From: Tubiluchus corallicola
Taxonomy: Eukaryota > Animalia > Priapulida
Reading direction: 5' to 3'
DNA length: 64,000 nucleotides
Assembly: GCA_030141605.1 (NCBI GenBank)
Contig: JAQGDQ010000087.1
Coordinates: 372,001 to 436,000 of the forward strand
Shown here: one piece after another, positions 51,001-64,000 of the stretch
Layout: the number at the start of each line of letters is the position of its first letter
Position numbering within the stretch: position 1 is the first letter of the stretch
Notes under the pieces: generated by a model
What the model was told of the DNA's origin: nothing
The model's input: only the letters and a program-made list of their open reading frames with translations
Databases searched by the model: none
Position numbers and translations under genes: made by a program

Positions 51001-54000
51001 AAAAACACCAAGCAGACAGAATGTGTAAGTATAGTTTGCAACATGATATCATATATTCCACTTACATTTCAAACACTCGAATGGGATACTATATGGATTT
51101 GTTTATTGTCATTGGACAGTATCAGTGATCTGGGTGGTTGACAAATGCATAAAATATGTTTGAAGTTTTGTAATCGAATTTAAATTTAATTTAATGTATT
51201 TTGTGCGTGAACATTGTTATTTTTATTCGGTTCGTTGTTCTCAGTCCTGACGCATTCCATTTCCTTTCAGACTTATTGGGGAGTGCACGAAACTTTTACG
51301 AGTTCTCATGCAAACATTCAAAATGGTTCAGAGTTTTCAAACGGCATTGCAGTCGTTTGTCTCCCATAAATGGGCTGTGATGTTATTTTAAGTACAAATT
51401 ATACTGGTTCGAGTGCATCTTGAAAGCTAGTGCGGTGTGGTAGAGTTGCGCAGCGTATCACTTTCATATCTTTTTTAAATATGTTCTCGAGACCTTAAAG
51501 GACAAGAAAAGGGGTACCTGAAATAGGTTTCAGAAAGATCACCTTAAAAAGTTATATTAGTTCATAGCAATTTTATGCATATATCGTACTCACGTTGTAA
51601 AGATTTTTTGTTTGCTTTCATTTTAAATCTCCCGCAATACTGTTCCGATGGCACCATTACATGACGTCATATACACACAACGTAAATCAGAGGAAGGAAA
51701 TATTAAACTTTGTGTCCCAAAAAACTTTCCGTGCAAAGTTATATTACTCAGTATTTCGCTCAACTGCTTGAAAGACTTAAGCTTAACTAGAAAAGAAAAT
51801 TATTAATTATTTAAAATTTTTTCGCGAAATGGTAAAATGTCGTTGATTTACCTCCATGGTACACCACTCACTAACCAAAAAACGTATTTTTAATCTTATT
51901 GACAAAATACAGTAATTTAAAATTTTATTTAGTTAGTGGCGTGACGGCTGTGAATGCTCTGATTATTTTTTTGGAACTTTTCTCAGTGTTATCTAAACTT
52001 GTTTCAAATGACTTATCGTGAAAATGGCTGCATCTGGTGGTCATCGCAGGAGTTTAAATTTACATGTTTTATACAGAATTACTGCCGATGCAAGTCCTGT
52101 ATGCAAAAAGTAAGTGGTATAAAATTTCAAGACGCAAAAGTTCATCGTGTAGCAAAATTACTGTCTCATTGCAATACTCTGACATTTTGGATGTAATTGC
52201 CTCTCAGTGGAACGAATTTTTCAGCACAATTTAAACTAAAACATGATCCTTTAACGAGAACGTTTTAGAAAAGAATATCTCATTTGGGGAAGTAATGAAA
52301 CTTCTGGATAATCACGTCTGACGTCGTTCAGCGAATTTTATTTTCCCAACGAAATTTTCTCTAATTGTAGCGAGGAATTTCTGAGAACAAAGCATCCTAA
52401 TGAAGCAAGCAGAAGCCAGTTATCAAAACACTAGTTGCTCCAAGAAACGAGAAGAATATTGTGAAAGGAGACGGACCTTGTCTTGTTTTGCAAACTTATT
52501 ATGCTCTTTTTACAGCAGCGTGTCGTATAATTTCAATCATGTCAGTGCAAAATTAAATTACCGTGTTATTAGATTACTTTATTAGCAATTTTAATGACGC
52601 CTACATTAAAATCATTTCTGGCAAATACTTTTGAAGGTTCTCGGTCGGGACGCGTAATTTTGTCAGCGGAAGATAAATCATACTGAGGCATTACTCTCGG
52701 CATATTTGAGATACCATTGAAACCTGTTGGAATAGAACTGAAAGTGCGCCTAATAATTGTTTGCCGACCACTTGTCCCGTGACATAATGTAATTCTCGGG
52801 AATTTTAAAGGGTGTCGTCTATTCCGCTCATTTTCGTTTTTTCTTTTTACAATTTTGTTTGCGTAAGACTCACATTTGATCATAATGTTCGTTGTATAGT
52901 GGTGTGACATATCTGCATGCAAATGTTCATTAGATGCAGAGATTTTACTTTACAACATAATGAACGAAGGGCTATTTAGTACGTTGAAGTTACAAATCAT
53001 AGGCCACATAGTACAGGGTACTTTTAACCCTCATATCGCCTGGCCAATTGCAATATAATGTACATGTATGTATCCTGCATTGTGGCAAATTTGCCTATCA
53101 ATTTTCTGTTAGAGTTCCCCAGAAAGTCGCTTGGCGCTGTTTAGATAAAGTATATCGGGTTGTTAAACCACATTTTAAATACCAAGGCCCTCCTAGTTGG
53201 TCACTTTAGTTCTTATATATTTTCATTGTTTGTATTTATAATTAGTGGATTTTTATTTTCCATATTCATTGCAAAAAACATGATAAAAGAGAAACTAGCG
53301 AACAACAATCATTACTAGTAGTGTTAGTCTGAAGCACATTAGAATTTAGTAGATTTACAAAGTATACGCATTTATACTTAGCACACCACAGTAGCTTTCA
53401 CGTGGCTCTGTTTGAGGAACAAGGTCTCTGAGTACAAGTCAGAACCGCAGGTCTGGGAAGCCTGAACGAAACTACAAATTCTGCAACAATACCTGGGGTG
53501 ATACGTTTAGCAGGCTAGCAGCACGTATCATATCTGATTGAGTATTCGTCATTGTGGGAGGGTGACCTTATGGAGCATTGTTTCTTGGCACAGTGAACTG
53601 ATCTAATTCACAATGTAGTAAGGGAGTAAATGAGCCAGGACGCTTCTTTGCCTCACTCTGTAGTGTAAAAACTGTCATGGTAAAAAACAAGCGCTTCGAC
53701 TGGGTAAGATATAGATGTTAGGAGTTGATATATAACGAAGAAAAAATGAATAAAACTGAAGGACAACATAATAAAATGTGTTTTGTGACTTGTCACACAA
53801 TCACATAAATCTCTTGCGCGTGACTTGCTGGCGTTCTGTAATGTGATAAGCAACAATTGCGTGAACTTGTGTTGTCATTAATTCTGTTACCTGAGCACTT
53901 TGCTTTACCGAGCTCTCCCCGAGGATCATTCAGCTTTGATGTGTCAGCTAGACTGCACTAGAGAATCTGGGAGCATGACTGATATAAAACCGGAACCAGT

Positions 54001-57000
54001 GACACGATATTTTTGACTCCTTTGAGAAATAAAATGATATTATTGTTCCAGTTTTATACACAGTCGTTGCAGTAACTGAAATGTCCACGGCAACTTTCAT
54101 AATGTTGACTTGAACACATTTAGCAAGTTGTTTCGATTTTTTCTAAAGAATCATTAGTTCACTCAGTTTAGTTGAATTTACGACCCATCACTAAATAGAT
54201 AGCGACACAATTTGTTACTCTACCTACAGCTGCAAAATACGCTCAGCAAAATGTTAAGACTGTTATCACTAACTCTACCTACAGTTGCAAAATACGCTCT
54301 GCAAAATGTTAAGAATATTATCACTAATTCTACCTACAGCTGCAAAATACGCTCTGCAAAATGTTAAGAATATTGTCGCCAACAATTTGCTAGAAACCCT
54401 CAAAAACTATAAAGCGTCATAAAGACCAAAACTTTTTTTCTGATATACCCATATTTCAGGAACGTACGTATACTCAGTGTGCTCAAAAACATCTTTAGTG
54501 ATCTTTCTAACCCGAAAAACATGGTACCTTTATAGACATTCTGTGTGGTGTGTACGTACGACAAAACATATTATTTCATTAAATGCGGCCTGTTTTGTTA
54601 ATTTGTTTGGAGCTGAATAATAATTTGATTGGATTAGATAGCCTTCATGGGTTAGGAATTTACACTACGCAGTTCATTATTAATCATGTAACTCACAATC
54701 TCGCGCTATTAACATTCATTACTGGCAAACGTAATTGACCAGCGTTTACAAATGTTTAGCCTCGCAATGACATTGGTCATCTCTCACTGACCAGGGAGCC
54801 GTCAAGCCCAATGGCCGTCTGTAACCTGCACAGCGCGCTAGATGGATAGGCGTTGTGTGTTTGATGATCAGCATCTGTGTTTACCGACAGCGCATGTGCG
54901 TGTCCGTGATGTTCAACATTGTGGTTTGTCTTGGTATAAAAGCGAGTAAGTTTACACTGGAATTCTATGCCTTCTCTTAAACGCGTGAATCTTGGGAACT
55001 GTTTATATAAACTGAATACTTACAAAGATAAAACGAGTTGTTGAAATTTGATGTATGCTTACTTTTACTTTCGCCATTAGGAAGATTAAAAATATAAATT
55101 GATTTTTGTCTGACGTTTGACTTCAAGGTTTCGCGGTTCGTATTTAATTGGTTACCGCTTGATTCTGAACATAAGCAAAACAAAACCGCGACTTGGTGAT
55201 ATAATAATAATAATATCACAGAGCTAGCAGCCAATAAGATATTGCTGCTTAAAACTTCATCAAGGTCAGAGAAAGTCTGTTTTCACTTCAGAAATCAAGA
55301 CACGTTCATTGCCACATCCGTGTTATTGAGCAAAATATTTGTTTTTTGCAGTGTGATAGCAATATTCAACGTATGTTCGCCGCATGACGTCGCACGAAAA
55401 ATTTTTTTGCTTGTTATTTTAAAACTTTCACTGAAGCTGGTATGCGCAAACTATTTTTCTAAACCTCGCATGCCTCTCTTTGAACGTTATACGATTTTCA
55501 TTCATAATAATACGAGTTTGACATTTCTTCTTGAAGACATTGCCTGGGCACCATTCTCTTAACATTGACCAATGCAGAACAACCAACAGTTATGATTGGG
55601 TTATTTGCGAAAGTGCCAGTTTTGCACTAAACGATCATTTATATCATTTACTTGACGGTGTCAACTTCGTGTTTTGCTGAGCCTGGGTGCAACATACGCA
55701 AACTGTTGTTTTGTAGCAATATCAGTCTTGTTGCTGGAGAGACTAATGGATATGTAGACCTGTGAACTAAAAAACAAATTACTGTCAAATAGTTTGCCTT
55801 GTCAGATTATTGACTGCTGGAAATAGATTTACTGTGCACAGGAAAGGACTGTCTATTTAATATTTCTGTTTATGTCTTCAGCACATAACTGAGAGATCGT
55901 AAAGTTGGATTTAGTCGATTTTGGACATCTTACGAAAGGTTGTTTAACCTGTTGATCGTTGTGAAAACTGACTACTGACTTTAATTGTACTGTATCCTTG
56001 TTACTGCTGACTACACTGTCAATTTTTGTGACGCCGACGTGCAATACTTGCTACTGTGGGACGTGGTTTCACTGAAATAGTAACTGTAGACTGGTTTCAT
56101 ATTTCACATTCATCTTTGACTGGATCAACAATGTTGCTGTTTTTGTTTTCTCAAGATCGGAGGTTGGTCAATTTCAGGGTGAGTTACACATTGCAAAAAC
56201 TTTGGCACCTTCCGACAGAAGTCATATCGTACATTTTGCAACCTGTTTATTTAATTCATTTAAGTTTGGCCTGTAACTAAATTCGTTTGCGTAGTCCAAA
56301 AAACCCTTACAAGATCAACTTATTAGCTTATTCTCTGCGGTGCGAGTGACATTTCACTTGCATAAAAATGTTTTCAATTTCATGCTATATTAGCATGTTT
56401 TATAATGTACATAAAGCCAAACGCAACTAAAAATTTTATAACTTGATTTACACTTGCAGATAGACAAGCATTCGCTGGTAGATATTATAGATGAATAATA
56501 TTGTATAGTATAAGTTTTAAATTCTATTTAACTAAAAATATACGCCATAGATGAAACAAAATTTGAAGTTTACATTTGCTTGGCCGGGAGTCTCTGAGTT
56601 TCATCAGAAAACCATTACAATATGTAGTTGAAGACTCGTAAAATAATTTTATCTGGCTTTTCGTACTACGTGTGTAATATTTTCAACGTACTTTCCTTTT
56701 CAGTTGGCACGTCATTGCAAAGATAAACTAATTTTAAACAGTTTTTGTAATTAGGCTTCCGTGTTCTTAATTCAGTTACTGATTTAAAAAATAACGATGA
56801 TACTTAGACGAAATATTGATATGTTCCATGGATGTTTTATGATAACATCGTTGCATAACTTATATAATATTCGCATGACTGGTCATACTAAGCTACAGTG
56901 TATAAACAGTATTACTTGTTACATTCATGCAATGCCAAGTCTCCCGGCTACCACCTGCTCTTGAGCTACATGCTATCATGTACATAATGTGTTGGTACTT

Positions 57001-60000
57001 TTGGTAGGTTAATCAAAATCAGAAAACTTCAATTTAATGTAGAAAATCCTCGTGTTCAAAAAACGCTTATTTTTGGTTAATTGTGAGTAAAACAAAACAG
57101 CGTAATTTATGTTTATGTGTCATGCTGCAAAATCAAGTTGCCTGAAGCTTTAGTTCATTTTTGTAACATAATTTAATGAGGCGAATACTTCTGTCGCAAT
57201 TTTCTGAAACGCGTATGACGGGGAAAAGCTCTGATGTTATTTTAAAAGAGCTGACATGTTTATAGTGTAAATACAGGAAAAATCGGACAGGCAAAAGATA
57301 TTGTTTTCATGGAAAACCTTTTAAGTTTATTGTAGACTGAATTAATATTTTATTAATCTCTAGATGGCGCTAGTCTAAATTTATCTTGTTTGGAAGTTAA
57401 AATTGCTTGAGATCTGGAAGCAGTTTTGGACAAAATACATTTTGCTGTAAAAGACGCTCTTGACACCGTTTGTATCCTTCTGCAAGAGAAAGCGACTTCA
57501 CCATTGTTCTCATACGTTTTTAAACAGTCTGAAGTATTTTGGTACTTGAGTTTTCGGGGCTTTCAAACGACTTTCGACTCGGATCGAGCGACATCCTTCG
57601 CTTCCCGAAATAACCATTTACTCGCATAAACCTACGAAAATCGTATTGAAATTTTATATCACCTACATGCTCCCTTATTGCGCAAAGAACTTGTATTAGC
57701 CGCAATGTATTTAAAAATTTAATCGCAAGATTTAAACTCCCGCGTATTGACCATTGCCTGCAGCCATTTTAACGGTAAATCATTTGAAACGAGTTTAAGC
57801 TACATTTTGTAACGTTTGAAACAAATCATCAGAGCATTCGTAGCGTACACTTTGAATGTATAAATTATACATACAGAAAGTATAAATTCCCATATCTTCT
57901 CAATGCGATTAAAGGTAAATTTTTTGATGAGTCAGTAGTGCACACTCGGAAGGTGAATCAGTGATATTCACCAGTTGGCGTGAACACGTCAAATTACTCA
58001 GAATTTCTTTTCTAGTAACATAAGTCTTTCAAACCACGTAAGCGTAAATAATATAAATTTGTGTAGGAAGTTTTTCTTTCCCTTTAATCTTTCCTCCTGT
58101 GTACAGCGAAAGAGAACTTCTCTGTATGTAAGATGTGGCACCTTTTCGAAAATATTTAACCTTTGACCTTGGCCAGGAACCACACCACTTCCCCTGCTGT
58201 GTTGTGGGCTAATTTAATCATCCTGTTCTTGAATTATTATGTGAAAGATTAGGGAAGATTTTTTAGTATTGATTGGCACGGCGAATGTTAAAGGAAGACC
58301 CGACAATTAATCTCATTTTAATTTACTGTCCAAAATATACATTTTCTTGCCTATAAAAGTTAGCAATTCTTTCTTATATTTGAATAATTAGCTTAGAAAG
58401 TTAATTAACGGTAACAGAATAACACAGCTTTTGCTTACGTCAGAAACTAACCACAGTTTGTGCAATGGCAGGCATCTTCCCTTGTGCAGCAATGACGTTT
58501 GCCTAAGTGTTACTGTTTAAACGCGTGATGTCACGAAATGGGCTCTACATGATATGACGTCAGAAACTAGCACTGCCGTTCATGATCATGGTTATCACGG
58601 TACTGCCTTCTATTTGTCGGCCACGCGAATGTGACAAAAAGGCGCTGCTGCCAATGTTAGCAGATTCACTGAACCGCGCATAGCTTTGAAAGTTTAACAA
58701 AGTTTGAGTATCCGAGGTTATCATTATTTAATCTAAGCTTTGATTTTAAAGCTAGTGTAGTTTTCAGTATTTTAGAGCATTCTTTATTCTGAACTAATGT
58801 TTACACAATCATCCGGTTTTCCTTTAATTGGAAATCAAAGATCACTAAGACACTAACTGCTTAGTTTGGCCTCATGCATCTGAATCTAATTGCATTGGTC
58901 AGTAAACGGCCAGAAGCAACTTTGCACTTAGTACAAAAGGAAAATTTTGTGTCGCCGCGTCCTGTACGTTCAGCGTTTGACGGCAAACATCAATTAGGAT
59001 GAATTACATGGTCCGTGGCGCACTTGTAATGGGTTTCTGCTAGTTTTTATGAAGCCACACTTAACACAGTGTATTGCAACTACCCCGTCAGCTAATAACC
59101 CAGGAGAAATGGCTGATTGATTGAGTCATTTCCTCAAATATCTTATGTCATCGTCGTTGAATTTAGGTGCTGTATGCCGTATGAACTTTTGTCTTTTAAT
59201 ATGCATTTGGCATATGAGGTGATTACTATTTTAACCAAGCAGCCTATAGTAAAAACGTTCTAGCAGTACCTGGTTGGACTCTCGGAGGAAGACATATAGC
59301 TCTTTAGAAAGAGAATGAATAGGCTACAAGATATTGGGAGCCACATTTTAGGACGCCTCCACCAAGAGGAGCTACGACGAGTTGATTGGAGGTTTCATTT
59401 TGGGCGATTCTCACTTAGAAAACTGCTGTCGCAAAGTCATTTTTCTGGCGTCATCCTTTCTACTCAGTCTATAATTTTGCTTCAGTAAAAGCTGCTACTG
59501 ATTTTGCGTGGTAAATAAACACTATGTAAGATGCTCGCGCATTTTTGATTATAAGTGGATTCATACGCTTTTTTTGCGGGGCCTTCGCTTCAACTAATAA
59601 TGCTACATTGTTGATCATTGTATTAAACGGAGTGCACTTCTAATGCATTCCTTCGAGGTCAGAACTCTAGCGTCACTTTCTTTTGTTTTTTTCTTTTTTA
59701 GAGTCATCACGAATTTCTACTGAAATATACTGGCTTCATCTAACGCCATCAGCTATTTTACTGTTGACTGTTTTGCAGGGAAAGCAGTAGACAAAAAAGC
59801 AGTTTACACAAAGCCAAATAGGTTACGATTAATTTTCTACAGATCTGCTTGATCATTACCTATTTGACTTTTTGTAAATACGTAATTAATGCATAATTTT
59901 CTGTATCAATTTCTTTTCTACTGGTCTGCTTATTCATTATGTATTTGGCTTCTGTTTAATACATATTTAGTGCATAATATTCTGTACTGTAGGCTCTAAC

Positions 60001-61605
60001 TATTTAAACTGGTTGTACGTTTGTATGAATTTACTACTGATGATGACAGCAGTAGCTCTGTCGAAACGTTTGGCATGATTTTTTAACTATGTAAATTAAA
60101 AGTTTTAATAAAGTTGCGGTGTTTTTTAACTATAAATATATTATAAGCATTTTGAAACGTTTTCAGCAAAAAATTGGATTCATTTTGGTTTAGCATTCTA
60201 CAAAAAAAAACTTAGAAGTATATCAAAGTGGAAAAAATGGTTGCATGTGCGAATGTGTGCAAGAGTTGTATTCTTCTTCCGTACAAATGGCCATTGACAC
60301 TCAAAGGGGAGAAACATTTCGCAGAACTGAATCTCACCTCACGAGTTTAATTGCTTTCTATTTAGCTTCTACTAAGTCAAACACACATCGTGGGTGGAAA
60401 CTGATTGGATTCGTGTCATTCAAAATAGCTAGGGTTTCATAGTAAGCGCCAGGATTGTCTCTCCAACATGTCTTCCCATTTAAGCGCCATTTTGCCGCCC
60501 ATGCTTTTTTCATGATTTCTGTTTGTTCTCTAAACTATCCATTTCTGATCCACGTATATAAGAGCCATCTCTGATGATGTGAACGACTTCCCCAATAAAT
60601 GGCACTAATGGTAGGCCATTACTATAGAGCTTCCCACGGGTTATTTACTTTGATTGCTGTGTGCTGTGTGACTGCGCCCTGCATTGGAAAAATAATATTA
60701 TGCAACTCAATTTACTACAGCATGAGAGTCCTCTGGCCCTGATTGGCTTGAATGCTTGAAATGAGCTATGGAATTTTGCATTTTACGAAATCTTTCGATA
60801 TTACTGTGAATTGGTTATCTAGTCAGACAAGTACGCTTCATAGATAAATTTTCTTGAATTTTGTTGACGTTTTTGTAGTAAAACTTCCGTCCATTTGGCT
60901 AAATATGGCCTATCAGAATCGATTATTGAAAGCGTATTTTTTTAAATCCATTTCTGAATGTTTTTGAAGACTTTGGCTAAGGATTTTGTAAGACTTTGTT
61001 CACATTTTGCAAGATGTTCTTTTTTAAACATAATATGTCATCTAGGTAGGTAGGTAGGCAGGCAAATAGCTAGCTAGATAGGCGAGCAGGTAGGTAGATA
61101 GTTTGACATTTAATTAATAGGGCTAGGTAGCTTAGTTGTAGCTACTAAACCAACTTCTGGGTTGTGAGGCTTAGTGTTTGTGTTATTTTTTATATGTAAT
61201 TCAACTAACTGCGAGTCAGAATCCAGGTATTCAGTGAAAGGACACACTAACGTTCGTGGTGAGACAGGAACGAAGCCGTTGTTTTATACGTCCTCCCTCT
61301 TGGACCCTATTATTCTCCATTCACTGACCAGCATCAGTGTTATTTTTTCTTTCCACAAAACGCAAGCCATGACCACTCTTTCGCTCATGAAGTCTCTCAT
61401 AATACGTTAGTCTATTTTTCGTTTTAATTATTTCAGCGGCAACTCCTGGAGCAGAAGCAGCGCCAGAAGAGGAACATGCCAGGCATGGTGCAAGCCAATG
61501 ATCAACCCCGTCCAACCTCGGCCAGGAGAGGAAGAGGAGGTCCTGGATCACGTGATGAAATGAGACCACTAATGTACAGCAACTGTAGTACACCGTCATT
61601 ACATG
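48041..61605 (+). CDS. TUB: Tubby / tubby-like protein (TUB/TULP family), first two coding exons; 3'-partial, tubby domain lies beyond the window
   Basis: Exon 48013-48154 (acceptor CTTTTGCAG, in-frame TAA just upstream of ATG 48041) encodes MSSWVNQEGSDTTTTSTVTLDSTDGIQAEIRQQKIEKQ. A phase-0 13.3-kb GT-AG intron follows. Exon 61437-61605 encodes RQLLEQKQRQKRNMPGMVQANDQPRPTSARRGRGGPGSRDEMRPLMYSNCSTPSLH. The joined IRQQKIEKQRQLLEQKQRQKR..MVQAN..RP.S.RR matches recalled human TUB [39 protein letters not shown]. Orthology to one specific vertebrate paralogue cannot be decided. Confidence 0.88.
49330..50400 (+). mobile_element. Decayed L2-type non-LTR retrotransposon (reverse transcriptase relic)
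   Basis: Colinear broken motifs: AVDHISLLKFL (~TVDH.ILL) near 49447, SGVPQG..GLLFSV (~GVPQGSxLGPLLF) at 49582, CVDYTLLY (~YADDTQLY) near 49686, HMSHSCKSAYF near 49956, and LHWL..FKTLLL (~LHWLP..RI.FK.LLL) near 50080-50130. Ends approximate. Confidence 0.75.
51495..52254. mobile_element. TTAA-flanked MITE candidate (Kolobok-like)
   Basis: TTAA|AGGACAAG ... CATGATCCT|TTAA; internal ATGACGTCAT palindrome; short imperfect TIR. Confidence 0.5.
54217..54378. repeat. 55-bp tandem repeat, about 3 copies
   Basis: TCTACCTACAG.TGCAAAATACGCTC.GCAAAATGTTAAGA recurs at 54219, 54274 and 54329. Confidence 0.95.
57759..57990. repeat. Dispersed repeat fragment (see 45566-45770)
   Basis: Visual alignment, same orientation. 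Confidence 0.7.
58288..58827. mobile_element. TTAA-flanked MITE (Kolobok-like)
   Basis: Left end TTAA|AGGAAGACCCGACAATT; right end reverse-complements to TTAA|AGGAAAACCGGATGATT; internal TGACGTCA. Confidence 0.65.
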
Positions 61606-61664
61606 GTACGTTTTTGGTATCCTGCATGCACTCACTTACTAATTATGGTCAGTATATTTTCAAG

Positions 61665-61916
61665 ATAGAAGAAGAGGAATGAAGAAAAGTTCCATGCTAG
61701 ACTGGCATTAGGACAGACGGTTACGGCAACTATTTCCGTAGCCTTGACGCGCGAGGAGTACTGGTGGCAGCCCGCGTTTCCAATGACCAATTGACCATGT
61801 ACTAGGTTAAGGCTAAGTAAACTAGCTAGAGGCCCAGAGAGTCCTGCTTCAGGGGAACCGCCCGACATGAGTGGGGTTCAAACCCAGAATGCCAAGATTG
61901 GCACTAGGCCACTGCA
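61665..61916 (-). mobile_element. Probable tRNA-derived SINE
   Basis: GC-rich island; the minus strand starts TGGCCTAGTG (A-box-like), then GGGTTTGAACCCC (B-box-like, unusually short spacing), and ends in a (TTC)-rich tail. Confidence 0.45.
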
Positions 61917-62116
61917 CTTTTCAAGGGAAGAAGTGCATCGTACTAAAGTGACTAGTATATGTGTCTAGAAACTAATTTATCAGTTAGGCGTTTTGCATTT
62001 CAAGTGTACTAATTGTTTTGAGAATTATGTGTGATGTTACTGACCTTGTATTCCATTATATTGAGGTATTCCTAATTATAACTATAAAATAGTTAAACTT
62101 TTTGGCGAAATTCACT

Positions 62117-62560
62117 TTAAAGGAAAAATTCGTACCATACGCCATTTTGAAGTATGACAAGACGTATATATTTTATGATCTACAGTATAAGAATGCCAAA
62201 GCATTTCTTCTAATTAAATAATAAATTTAAATTTTAATTAATGTCATCGACATTAACTAGAGATGACATCACCGCTGAACACAATTTTCAACAGCACTTA
62301 CCTTCGGTGAGCATGTTGCGCCTGTTTGGGAAAGCAAAAATTGAACTACAGTGCTACTGTACAACATTCAGTGTGATATACAAAAAAGTTTAAAACTGAT
62401 ATTTCAAGTTTGCCTTGTATGATTTTGAATTTGTGAACGTGTGCACTACATCACAAATGAACACTTCTGAACTGAGAGGTACAACATCTGCTTTTCTTTC
62501 AACTCGTTTCCGAGATACAAGCGCTAGTGCCTGTTTCAAACATAGAACTGAAAACAGTAG
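62117..62560 (+). mobile_element. TTAA-flanked MITE (Kolobok-like), family B, 3'-truncated
   Basis: Starts TTAA|AGGAAAAA; CACC.CTGAA...AATTTTCAACAGCA...AAAGCAAAAATTGAA.TACAGTGCTACTGTAC...CATTCAGTGT aligns with 41780-42050. Confidence 0.72.
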
Positions 62561-63814
62561 CGCATGCGTATTGTTTCCAAAACTGTCTACATTGGCACAT
62601 TTGATAAAATATTATTACTGTACTTACATGTGTAGAAACTAGTAATTACAATTTTTTATTTTAACAAACAATAAACACCAGGGAAATATTAAGCACACGA
62701 AATTAGCTGGAATTAACAGTTCTGTTGTGAATGTTCATCGTTTTGTTTGCATTGTAATCAATCAACTTATTAAGACACTGGCAGCTTGCTGACCTCTTGT
62801 TATTAGCTTATTAAATTACCTGTAACAGTGCCTGGATATGGACCCGCATGTTTGCCTGCTAAATTAACAAGCGGTTGTATAAGAAGCCTGTGTATAATTG
62901 CATGATGCGTTACAGCTAGGCAAGTATGAAGTAGCTTGTAAAATGTAAATTTCTATAACCCGTATCTCCGCCATAGAATTTATAAATCATGCAGATGAGT
63001 CAGAAAATAGCAGCACCACATATGATGCGTGCTGGTAAAAATTTAATTAATTATGCTTATTATATGATATTTGAATTCATATCTGACTCGAAATCATTTT
63101 ATCTTCATTACAGTAAAAGCAATCCTTTGCATTTGAAAAACTGAAAACGTTTAAATACAACGTAAAAAATCTCGTCATTTTTAATTGAAACTGTTTCGGA
63201 GCTGGCAGAGCTTTATTTAATGTGTTTGAATTTACAATGGTATTTGCACTGTCAATTATAATACACTTTAAACGTGGTGGGCAAACAAAATTTAATTTAC
63301 TGTGCAAATTTGGGATAGATTCGTATTTTGGTAACACACTGATTATCAAATACGTCATCACACAAATAATTTAGTTGGCTTGCTTAGAGTGCTTAGATTA
63401 GCTTGTTGTGTATGGTGGTAAAATAGCTGTAAGTTTGAAGATAACACTGTTTGAAAATTTTGCGAAAGTCACGCAAAATAATTTTCTCATAATTAAAATT
63501 ACATTGTGCTGATATAGTTATCATAATCAATAATGCGCGCTCATTCCGCAATGTTGTTTCTCTGCTTTACCCCTTCAAGGGTTCTGCACTTGTGTGGCAT
63601 ATCATTAATCTATAAAGCTAAATAGGCTTTAATTTAGGCCAAATAAACATCAGCTGGACATGAAATAAGCTACTGGACCATTACTGATGTATTCTTGGTC
63701 TCTTAAGGTAAGGAGTATAACTTTATTGAAAACAGAGGATGGCTTCCTCGGTGATCCTTGTTCGAAAAAAATACCAGTAGTGACAATTGAATGATCAAAT
63801 CGGGACGTTTTGCA

Positions 63815-64000
63815 TTGGACGCTTGCTAAATTGACTGTCTTGTCGACATGTTGGACGCTTGCTAAATTGACTGTCTTGTCGACATGTTGGACGCTTGCTA
63901 AATTGACTGTCTTGTCGACATGTTGGACGCTTGCTAAATTGACTGTCTTGTCGACATGTTGGACGCTTGCTGAATTGACTGTCTTGTCGACATGTTGGAC
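63815..64000. repeat. 36-bp tandem repeat, more than 5 copies, runs off the window
   Basis: Unit TTGGACGCTTGCTAAATTGACTGTCTTGTCGACATG, head-to-tail with no spacers; one substitution seen. Confidence 0.97.

Noticed and set aside
52569-52922. 117-aa minus-strand ORF in the tubby intron (possible nested gene)
   Set aside because: No recognisable domain, no good flanking splice sites and no partner exons; a BLASTP hit would be needed to revive it.
61321-61868. Minus-strand ORFs of 104 and 78 aa
   Set aside because: Antisense shadow of the tubby exon and of the GC-rich SINE-like element.
61860-61916. tRNA gene suggested by A/B-box-like motifs
   Set aside because: Box spacing is too short and no cloverleaf is evident; better explained as a SINE head.
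63815-64000. 36-bp repeat of CRISPR-like length (also the 27-, 55- and 84-bp arrays)
   Set aside because: Units are head-to-tail with no unique spacers, there are no cas genes, and the context is a spliced eukaryotic locus.

Overview
AT-rich, intron-rich animal genomic DNA, most likely an invertebrate; the species cannot be determined from this window. Manual splicing of both strands gives four protein-coding genes: (1) the 5' part of KNTC1/ROD (minus strand, 10 coding exons at 7201->798, running off the left edge); (2) a complete MAX gene (plus strand, 5 exons at 12055-16428, 187 aa), head-to-head with KNTC1; (3) a complete farnesyltransferase beta gene FNTB (minus strand, 13 exons at 34509->19816, 405 aa, one GC-AG intron), tail-to-tail with MAX as in human; (4) the 5' part of a tubby/TULP gene (plus strand, coding exons 48041-48154 and 61437-61605, running off the right edge), head-to-head with FNTB. 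Introns carry many non-autonomous DNA transposons (hAT-type with 8-bp TSDs; TTAA-flanked Kolobok-like MITEs), an L2-type LINE relic, a probable SINE, a decayed PHD-finger relic and several tandem repeats. No rRNA, tRNA or CRISPR array is supported, and most ORF-track entries are spurious. I see no clearly new biological system. The best leads are the MAX-FNTB microsynteny, the linkage of the farnesyl 'writer' (FNTB) with a farnesyl 'reader' (ROD propeller), the E2F/E-box divergent promoter, and splicing peculiarities. All comparisons to human proteins and genes are from memory, not from a database search.
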